This document shows, piece by piece, positions 8,148 to 15,626 of a DNA stretch of 57,123 nt (position 1 is the stretch's first letter; every line of letters starts with the position of its first letter). The notes under the pieces were generated by a model. The model was not told where the DNA came from. It worked only from the letters and a program-made list of their open reading frames with translations, and made no database searches. Origin of the DNA: an uncultured Clostridium sp. (GTDB lineage Bacteria > Bacillota > Clostridia > TANB77 > CAG-508); assembly GCA_964449925.1 (NCBI GenBank), contig CAYVCM010000002.1:1-57123 (forward strand), read 5' to 3'. Both the position numbers and the translations under genes were made by a program.

Positions 8148-9050
8148 TTAACTTTTTTCTATAAGATTAATTATATGTAATATATTTTTAATATCAGATT
8201 CTTTTCCAAATATATATTTGCTCATTAAGTGGTTTTGAAAAATATTATATTTTATAATATCATTTATACTTAAATTAATAATTCCATTTGAGTTAGGCTT
8301 TATATGGCAAATGAGATATTCATCTTCAACATTTTGAACTTGCATAATAATTGCCAAATGTGGATTTATAGGAAAACAAATATCGTTAAAGCCTAATTCA
8401 AAATGAAAGAAAGGTTCATTAGAAATAATAAAACCTAAGTCATTAGAATTAGTAGCAATATAAATATTATAATTATAAAAAAAAGAAATAGCTTTTTTAT
8501 ATGTTTGAGGAATAGAAATGATATATTTTAATTGTTCTACTTTTGCTAATTCTTCAGGAGAAATATCTAAAGGATAATTAGCACACTCTTTAATCCCAAG
8601 ACTATTAAGCCAATTGGTTGTTTGAGTAGTAATTGTTTCTAGGATTCTTCTATATCCACTTGTACGAATAGATAAGGTTCTCAAAAATATAAAAAAAGTG
8701 GATAAAAATCCTTCATCTTTAATCAATGAAAAATCATTTTCTATTTTATCTAAATATTCAGACATATTATTTTCTAATTTAGAAAAAGTTTCTTCAATAA
8801 ATTGTGGATTATCAAGTATTTTTTTATAATTGATGTCATTATCTGAAATATTATAAATTTTTTTTAGTATAGAAAGTTCTGAACCTAGTTTATTTGGATC
8901 AATATCATAAAAAAATCGTTCACAAGCGAAGTTGGAAACATTAGAGTTTAATATAAGTTTTTTATGTTCTATATCATAAGCATCAATTTTTCCATTTTGA
9001 CCAAAACGTTTTAAATAAAATTGTGGTATATAATGTTGATTTTTAACCAT
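8148..9050 (-). CDS. DUF4238-like protein
   Basis: N-terminal NQHYIPQFYLKRFGQNG matches the HY(I/V)PxFYL(R/K)xF signature I associate with DUF4238. Confidence 0.55.
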   Translation of the reverse strand: MVKNQHYIPQFYLKRFGQNGKIDAYDIEHKKLILNSNVSNFACERFFYDIDPNKLGSELSILKKIYNISDNDINYKKILDNPQFIEETFSKLENNMSEYLDKIENDFSLIKDEGFLSTFFIFLRTLSIRTSGYRRILETITTQTTNWLNSLGIKECANYPLDISPEELAKVEQLKYIISIPQTYKKAISFFYNYNIYIATNSNDLGFIISNEPFFHFELGFNDICFPINPHLAIIMQVQNVEDEYLICHIKPNSNGIINLSINDIIKYNIFQNHLMSKYIFGKESDIKNILHIINLIEKS

Positions 9051-9095
9051 TTTTTAGTTCCTTTCTTTTTAAAACTTTTTTATAATATTATTTTC

Positions 9096-10352
9096 CTAAA
9101 TGCTAATATCACAAATAATGACATGCAATTCAACAAGTTCTTGTGATTCTGAAGATTTCTTAAATGTACATTGCCATTCATTTTTAGAAATTTCTAATAT
9201 TTTAGTTTGTAGAGAGTTATTTTTCAATTCCTCTTGTATCTTATTTGTAATAGAAGAAAAATCTTTTATGTTTTTATTAAATATAATTAAAGAAGTTTTT
9301 ATATCTCTCCAAGTAGTATAACTAAATAATTGAGTTATTGCATCTTTAAATTGGCTGATACCATTCCAAATTTTACATTCAGCTATATAAGCAGATTTGT
9401 TTTCAAATTGTATTCTTATATCCGTTTTTCCTTTTTTACTAAAAGTTTCACCTGTGGCTGTTGAATTATAATGTGTGTTAAGATTTGCTAATAGCATGTC
9501 TCTCAATTCCTCTTCATTTAATTTTTGACATGCAGCTGGAGAATGTTCAAAAGAAGTACAAGCTTGAGAAATTATATTTTTAATATATAAATAATCTTTA
9601 TCAGATATGTACCAATTTTTTGAAGGCTTAGCTTGCTCCGGAAAAGATTTTATTTCTTTTTTAGCAATTAAAGGTATTGAAGCTGTACTTGAAGCATTTG
9701 GATTTACTTTTAATGGGATATTTAGTTTATTTATTAAATTTGAAAAACTATTGGCTTTATTTTTTCTGGTAGTTAGAGCATCTTTAATGATATCTTTAAG
9801 TGAATTATTATAAATATAGATATCATTATTTACATATTGAATCATTTCAAGATAAGATTTAAATTCTCTATTAAAAAGAGAATCAATATATTGTTGAGGA
9901 TTTTCTTCTTTTTTTAAAGTACTTAATTCAATATTTAGGGAATAAAGAATAGTTGGTAAAACTTCCTTATTATTCAGGTTACTAAATCCATCTATTTCAA
10001 AAGTTGATAATATTCGTTGAGTTGGTTCTAAATGAAGCAAATGAGAAGAACCAGAAAATGGAATAGAATAACTTACTTTGCAAGAGTCCACTAAAAAAAA
10101 TTGTTGTTCTCTTAATCCCATTCTATAAAAAGGATTATATTTTTCTAATTTAGATTGTTCTAAAGAAGAAGTTTTCTTGTCTAAATATAATGTAAGTGAT
10201 TCAATATAAAATTTACTATAGTAATATTCAATTAGATCTTCAAAATTAGTGTTTAGTATTTGGGCATCAGATAAACTCTGAATATCTGATTTTATTTCGT
10301 TTCTTAAGTTGTTAAAATAAGAATAAGTATCTTGATGTTCAAATAGTTTCAT
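9096..10352 (-). CDS. hypothetical protein with C-terminal PD-(D/E)xK-like nuclease motif
   Basis: C-terminal GKTDIRIQFENKSAYIAECKIW gives a D...E-x-K spacing typical of restriction-endonuclease-fold domains. The N-terminal ~270 aa has no motif. Confidence 0.45.
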   Translation of the reverse strand: MKLFEHQDTYSYFNNLRNEIKSDIQSLSDAQILNTNFEDLIEYYYSKFYIESLTLYLDKKTSSLEQSKLEKYNPFYRMGLREQQFFLVDSCKVSYSIPFSGSSHLLHLEPTQRILSTFEIDGFSNLNNKEVLPTILYSLNIELSTLKKEENPQQYIDSLFNREFKSYLEMIQYVNNDIYIYNNSLKDIIKDALTTRKNKANSFSNLINKLNIPLKVNPNASSTASIPLIAKKEIKSFPEQAKPSKNWYISDKDYLYIKNIISQACTSFEHSPAACQKLNEEELRDMLLANLNTHYNSTATGETFSKKGKTDIRIQFENKSAYIAECKIWNGISQFKDAITQLFSYTTWRDIKTSLIIFNKNIKDFSSITNKIQEELKNNSLQTKILEISKNEWQCTFKKSSESQELVELHVIICDISI

Positions 10353-10367
10353 TTTAAAATTTCTCCT

Positions 10368-11669
10368 TTATTTATTTTTATCTAACCATTTATCAAATTC
10401 TTCATAAGTTTTTTTCCCATGTCTTATATCATTCATAAATTGTCTTGCAGTACTTTTCCATTTTTCATAATCTTCTCTAGAGTAAATATCAGGATTTCTT
10501 TTTAGTAGAGTTGCTTTATTTGAATATATAGTCCTATATTTTCCATATACAGGTTCTTCACTTTCTTTTCTTTTCTGCGATAATTGATTTCCAATATCTT
10601 TACAAGTTTTATCTTGATAGTAAATATTATCACAGTAATATGTATTGGATTTGGTTGTTAAGAAATATCTATGACAATTTTTACATTTTCTAATCATAGT
10701 ATGACTACTTAAAACAAGATAATATAATGAAATATAGAAAACAGTATATATGTTATCAGTAATGATACTGTAACTGCTAGAAATTTTGTTACCCTTAGGA
10801 TCTAGTTTTTTTATCTTATTTATTAATTCAGTAGTATTCTTATATTTTAAATTTTTAGAATCAGAAGATGTATAATTAAAATTAAATAATCCATCGTGCT
10901 TATATTTATCAGAAAATTCATTTAATTCTTTCTTATTTTCTTCATAAAAAATATAAAATTTTTGTTTTAAAGTAAGTGAATTTATCCTTTTATTGTTGTT
11001 ATATCCATATAATAAATCAACAAATTTTTTAAATAAATCCTGAACTGAAATAATACTATTTTTTGTAGATGCATAAGTATATTGAGCTAAAGAGATTATT
11101 TCAGATATATTTGTTAATTGATCAATTTGTATATTTATTAAATCTATATCTTCAAAAAAGTCAATAAACATTCCAAAGTATTTAGTGAAAAATACAAAAA
11201 AGTCACTAAATTTATTTAAGTCTAGATTCAAGAATTCAGTTAACAATTGGCCATTTACATCTATAATTGCATTTTCATCAATAACGAAATAACCTTTTAG
11301 ATTATTTATATTATCTTGAGCATTAATACATCTTAATTCTGATGGAGGAGTATAATCCACTGCTGATAGTTTCTTTTTATATTCATTAGCAAGTTGTATT
11401 ATTTCATCTTCTGAATTTAATTTTATAATTTTAGATAAAAACTCATTATCAATTGCTTCATTATATTTTAATTTTTCTTGTTCATCTTTGGTGTAATTTT
11501 CCTTTATATATTTATCTGTATCGTCAGCTGAATTTGATGTGTCAGCGAAAGCAACAGGTATTCTATACTTATTTGGTGTATATAAGATAGATTTAAGTTC
11601 TATAGCTAAAATGTTATCATTTGTGAGAGTGGTAACTTTTATTTCTTTATTAAAATCGGATTTTTTCAT
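10368..11669 (-). CDS. hypothetical protein with C-terminal Cys-rich (zinc-ribbon-like) segment
   Basis: CKNCHRYF...YYCDN...DKTCKD near the C-terminus. GGAGGAAAC RBS precedes ATG 11669; the ORF-track TTG at 11687 lies upstream of that RBS. Confidence 0.45.
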   Translation of the reverse strand: MKKSDFNKEIKVTTLTNDNILAIELKSILYTPNKYRIPVAFADTSNSADDTDKYIKENYTKDEQEKLKYNEAIDNEFLSKIIKLNSEDEIIQLANEYKKKLSAVDYTPPSELRCINAQDNINNLKGYFVIDENAIIDVNGQLLTEFLNLDLNKFSDFFVFFTKYFGMFIDFFEDIDLINIQIDQLTNISEIISLAQYTYASTKNSIISVQDLFKKFVDLLYGYNNNKRINSLTLKQKFYIFYEENKKELNEFSDKYKHDGLFNFNYTSSDSKNLKYKNTTELINKIKKLDPKGNKISSSYSIITDNIYTVFYISLYYLVLSSHTMIRKCKNCHRYFLTTKSNTYYCDNIYYQDKTCKDIGNQLSQKRKESEEPVYGKYRTIYSNKATLLKRNPDIYSREDYEKWKSTARQFMNDIRHGKKTYEEFDKWLDKNK

Positions 11670-11823
11670 TGTTTCCTCCAATAACAATTATATATTTATA
11701 AATTCTTAAAAACAGTAGTTTTCAAATATTTATAAATATACTTTACAAAACTAACTATAATTATTATAATTTAATTGTTAACAAAAGTCAAGCACTAATA
11801 ACAAAAAAATAGGAGGTGATTTT

Positions 11824-12024
11824 ATGGAACTACAAAAAGTACAAAGGACAACACTAACAATGAAAGAAGCAGCAGAGTATTTAGGAGTTTCTTATTGGTT
11901 AATTAATCAACTAGTAAGAAGAAAACAAATACCATGCTCCAAAGTTGGTGGAAAATTTCTATTTAGAATTCAAGCATTAGATGAATATCTAAATAGAAAA
12001 GAAAAAGAATCAGTTAGTTACTAG
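11824..12024 (+). CDS. excisionase-like HTH_17 DNA-binding protein
   Basis: MKEAAEYLGVSYWLINQLVRRKQIPCSKVGGKFLFRIQALDEYL. AGGAGG RBS. Paralog at 28469-28651. Confidence 0.6.
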   Translation: MELQKVQRTTLTMKEAAEYLGVSYWLINQLVRRKQIPCSKVGGKFLFRIQALDEYLNRKEKESVSY

Positions 12025-12052
12025 CTAACAGGGAAAGAGAGGAAAGGAGGAT

Positions 12053-12571
12053 ATGTATGAATTACCTTGGTTTAAAACAGAAACTAATATTTTTTCAAAC
12101 AGAAAGATCCAATTGATTTTAAAATTAACTGATGGAGATACTTATTTTAGAGTATGGATACAGCTAATTGCATTAGCAGTTGAATGTAATAACAAAGGAA
12201 GATTAGAAATAGGAGACAATAATCCTATGACAATAGAAAATTTTTCAAAGATTATGGGAAAATCTAAGAAAAAAATAGAAAAGATTTTAAATAAGTTTCT
12301 AGAATTAGAAATGTTAAGAAAAGAAGGGGAAACATTTCTAATAAAAAATTGGGACAAGTATCAAAGTATTGAAAAGTATGAAAAATATCAAATGCAAAAT
12401 AGAGAAAGACAAAAAAGATATCGTGAAAAATTAAAAAGTGAAAATGAAAAAAGTAACGTTATTCAAACGTTAAGTAACGGACAAGAAAAGAATACAAAAG
12501 ATTTAAGAATAAGAAAAGAAGAAAATATAAGAGAGGAGAGTGGAAATGGTTTTAGAGAATATAAAATATAA
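12053..12571 (+). CDS. phage-type replisome organizer (N-terminal domain) protein
   Basis: YELPWFKTETNIFSNRKIQLI...DTYFRVWIQLIALA resembles the Phage_rep_org_N signature. It is followed by a DnaC-like ATPase. Confidence 0.55.
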   Translation: MYELPWFKTETNIFSNRKIQLILKLTDGDTYFRVWIQLIALAVECNNKGRLEIGDNNPMTIENFSKIMGKSKKKIEKILNKFLELEMLRKEGETFLIKNWDKYQSIEKYEKYQMQNRERQKRYREKLKSENEKSNVIQTLSNGQEKNTKDLRIRKEENIREESGNGFREYKI

Positions 12572-13382
12572 CGAGGTTATCCACAAAAAATTGAAAAAAT
12601 GTGAATTTTGTGGCAGAGAATTAACTCCAATTGGACTTGATTATTTATATGCTAATTTTTCTCCAGATAATATTGAATATGAACGATGTACTTGTAGTAA
12701 AGCGCAAGAATACTGGAAAGAAAAAGATAAGCAAGAATATGAAGTTGCAAAGAGAAAACATTTTAGAGAAGTTATAAACAAGATATATAAACAAAACTAT
12801 ATTGGTAGAAAATTTCAAAATATGAACTTTGAAAATTTTAATAGTAATTCAGAAAATAAAATAGCTATAGCAATTGCTAAGGACTATGTAAATAAAAATA
12901 TTATAGGTGCAAATACCAATGGACTGATAATAATGGGCGAGTCAGGAGTTGGAAAGACACATTTAGCAGCGTCAATTGCTAATAAATTAATTGAAAATGA
13001 CAAGATAGTATTAATGGGAAGATTAACAACTTTATTAGATATGATAAAGGAAACTTTTAAAGATAATACAAAGTCGGAGAATGAATTAATTGAGTTATAT
13101 TCAAATGTAGATATGATAATAATTGATGATCTTGGAACAGAAAAAATAAGTAACTGGGCATTAGAAAAATTATATACAATAATAGAAAATAGAAATGAAA
13201 ATAGATTACCAATAATTATTACAACAAGATTTGATAAGCAAGGATTAATTGAAAGATTTAGCAAATGTCAGGATGAGCAATTGGTAGATGCGATTATCTC
13301 AAAATTGTATCAAATGTGTTATGGAGTAACACTAAAAAATATAAAAGAAAAAGCTAGCACAAGCGACCAAACTAAATGCTAA
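12546..13382 (+). CDS. DnaC/IstB-like AAA+ ATPase (replication helper)
   Basis: Walker A GESGVGKTHL and Walker B MIIIDDLGTE. N-terminal CEFCGRE...C.C zinc motif. Confidence 0.75.
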   Translation: MVLENIKYNEVIHKKLKKCEFCGRELTPIGLDYLYANFSPDNIEYERCTCSKAQEYWKEKDKQEYEVAKRKHFREVINKIYKQNYIGRKFQNMNFENFNSNSENKIAIAIAKDYVNKNIIGANTNGLIIMGESGVGKTHLAASIANKLIENDKIVLMGRLTTLLDMIKETFKDNTKSENELIELYSNVDMIIIDDLGTEKISNWALEKLYTIIENRNENRLPIIITTRFDKQGLIERFSKCQDEQLVDAIISKLYQMCYGVTLKNIKEKASTSDQTKC

Positions 13383-13455
13383 CTTAAATGATTGTAACTA
13401 TATTTTAATACAAAAAATTGAAAAAGTAAATAGAAAAAAGAAAGGATTTGATAAT

Positions 13456-13842
13456 ATGAAGGTTTATAAAGAGTATAAAGAAATAGAAATAAAAGATATA
13501 AAAGGAGTTAAATATAACAGAATTTGTAGCAGAAATTTAGAAAAGGTTTGTAGATATATGGAAGCCATAAAAAGGAATGGAATTAAGAAAGCATTTGAAA
13601 TTATTCAAAAAGAAAATGGATATTATATTTTTAGAGATGAAGCAAGATTAGTAGCAGCAAAAGCAGTAGGATATGACAAAGTTCCATGTTTAATAAGAGA
13701 TATAAAACAAGAAATCTTATTAAGAAAAATAAATAAAATATTTAAAATAGAAGATGAAAATCATGAAGTAAAAGGTAATATGGATGATAAAGAAAGATTA
13801 GATTTCTGCAAAAATAATTATTATAAACTAAATATTTTATAA
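13456..13842 (+). CDS. ParB N-terminal-domain-like protein
   Basis: IEIKDIKGV...NGIKKAFEII..ENGYYIFRDEARLVAAKAVGYDKVPCLI follows the ParB/Srx pattern (y.i.dG.hR..Aak.lG...vp). Confidence 0.5.
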   Translation: MKVYKEYKEIEIKDIKGVKYNRICSRNLEKVCRYMEAIKRNGIKKAFEIIQKENGYYIFRDEARLVAAKAVGYDKVPCLIRDIKQEILLRKINKIFKIEDENHEVKGNMDDKERLDFCKNNYYKLNIL

Positions 13843-13972
13843 TAAAAAATAAGAAGAAAAGTACTTGGATAAAAAAAAGTCCAAGTATTTTTCAAAATTA
13901 GGTGTGCATTTGATATAAAAAAGGAATAATTTTAGTACTAAAAAGAAGCATATTGTTGTCCTAACAAGCAAT

Positions 13973-14012
13973 GAATTTCGTCAGCTCGAAATTCTAAATG
14001 GGGAAATTCCCC
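13973..14012 (+). promoter_or_regulatory. candidate oriT inverted repeats upstream of relaxase
   Basis: GAATTTCG-TCAGCT-CGAAATTC (13973-13994) and the palindrome GGGGAAATTCCCC (14000-14012), 30-70 bp upstream of the relaxase start. Confidence 0.45.
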
Positions 14013-14043
14013 AATCCCCTTTTTAGAAGAGAGGAGAAAGCAA

Positions 14044-15441
14044 ATGGCAACAACAAAAATATGGAAAGTACAAAAAAGATTAGATCATGTAATTAACTAT
14101 GCAACAAATGAAGAAAAAACAAAAAATAATTATAGCAAATATAGAATGGATGAGTTTGATAGTATCAGACAAGTAATGAGTTATGCAACTAATCCAGATA
14201 AAACAGAAAAACAATTTTATACTACAGGAATAAATTGTGAAGTAAAAGATGCAGTTAAGCAAATGCAATTTGTAAAAACATTATATAGAAAAGAAAATGG
14301 AATACTTGCTTTTCATGCTTACCAATCTTTTAATGAAGGAGAAGTTACTCCAAAGATAGCACATGAAATTGGAGTAAAACTTGCAAATGAAATGTGGGGA
14401 GATAGATTTCAAGTTGTAGTATCTACTCATTTAAATACTCAACATCTTCATAATCACTTTGTCATAAATTCAGTTTCATTTAAAGATGGAAAAAAGTATT
14501 ATAGTAATTTTACTAATACAGCATTATTAAGAAAAACTTCAGATGAAATATGTGAAGAATATGGCTTAAGTGTTTTAAAAGAAAAGACTTGCAAATCTGG
14601 AATTAATTTTGAAAATTTTTATAAAAAATCTATGAGAGATTCAGATTATTATAAATTTGCAAAAGAAGATATAGATTATGCAATAGAATATTCATGGACT
14701 TATAAAGAATTTTTAAAAAGATTAAAAGAAATGGGATATGAAGTATATATTAGAGCTAATAAAATTAGTGTGAGAATGTATCCACATAAAAGAAATATTA
14801 GAATAGAAAGAGCATTTGGAGAAGAATATTCTATTGAAAATATTCAAAATAAAATTTGTAGTAGATATCCAAGTAGAGAAGAAGTAATTAAACCTAAAAC
14901 TTATGATAAAAGATTATTTTATAAAGGTAGTGTGAAGAAATTAAGAAAACCTAAAGGGATAATTGCGTTATATTATTACTATTGTTATTTATTAAAAGTA
15001 TATCCAAAGAAAAATTTAAATTATAAACTTACTCCAAAAATGAGAGAAGAAGTAAGGAAAATGCACAAGTATTCAGAACAAATAAGGTTTATATGTAAGT
15101 ATAAGTTAGAAACTATAAATGATATAGATAATTTAAAAGAGAAGAAACAAGAAGAATTACAAAAGACTTTGAATATAAGGAATAGGTTGTATTATAAAAG
15201 ACAGAAATTAGATAATGAAAGTGAAAAAAATAGTATTACTAAAGAAATAATTGATGTTACTTCTGTTTTACAAAAAGTTAGAAAAGAGATTAAGTTGTGT
15301 GATGAAGTTAGTGACAATGCTAGGCAGATGAAAAGACAGATAAAAGAGTTAGAGGAGAGGAAGAAACAAAAGTCAAAGAAAAAAGAGCAAAGTAAGAAAT
15401 TAAAAGAGAAAAATAAAAAAGCTAGAAGGCATGAGAGGTAG
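14044..15441 (+). CDS. mob: relaxase/mobilization nuclease (MobA/VirD2-type)
   Basis: Histidine motif STHLNTQHLHNHFVINSV, as in PF03432 relaxases. Long Lys/Glu-rich coiled-coil tail. Confidence 0.8.
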   Translation: MATTKIWKVQKRLDHVINYATNEEKTKNNYSKYRMDEFDSIRQVMSYATNPDKTEKQFYTTGINCEVKDAVKQMQFVKTLYRKENGILAFHAYQSFNEGEVTPKIAHEIGVKLANEMWGDRFQVVVSTHLNTQHLHNHFVINSVSFKDGKKYYSNFTNTALLRKTSDEICEEYGLSVLKEKTCKSGINFENFYKKSMRDSDYYKFAKEDIDYAIEYSWTYKEFLKRLKEMGYEVYIRANKISVRMYPHKRNIRIERAFGEEYSIENIQNKICSRYPSREEVIKPKTYDKRLFYKGSVKKLRKPKGIIALYYYYCYLLKVYPKKNLNYKLTPKMREEVRKMHKYSEQIRFICKYKLETINDIDNLKEKKQEELQKTLNIRNRLYYKRQKLDNESEKNSITKEIIDVTSVLQKVRKEIKLCDEVSDNARQMKRQIKELEERKKQKSKKKEQSKKLKEKNKKARRHER

Positions 15442-15554
15442 AATAGGCACAGAAAGGTAATAAAAATTTTTATATAAATTATAAAAAATTATTGCAAAAG
15501 AAACAAATGTTTGATAAAATGTTTAAAATAATTAAAAGATATTGGCATATATCT

Positions 15555-15590
15555 ATAGAAAATTGTCTCATACCGTAGACAATTTTCTAT
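15555..15590. promoter_or_regulatory. 14-bp perfect inverted repeat ATAGAAAATTGTCT / AGACAATTTTCTAT, 8-nt loop
   Basis: Arms at 15555-15568 and 15577-15590, 37 nt upstream of the methyltransferase ATG. No T-run follows. Confidence 0.5.
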
Positions 15591-15626
15591 GAATATGATA
15601 TAACAATTATGAATGGAGGAGTAAAT

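Noticed and set aside
11725-11745. 14-bp perfect palindrome ATATTTATAAATAT in the divergent promoter region of the IME
   Set aside because: Pure A/T palindromes of this length arise easily by chance at this base composition. No second copy was noticed, so it is not reported as an operator.
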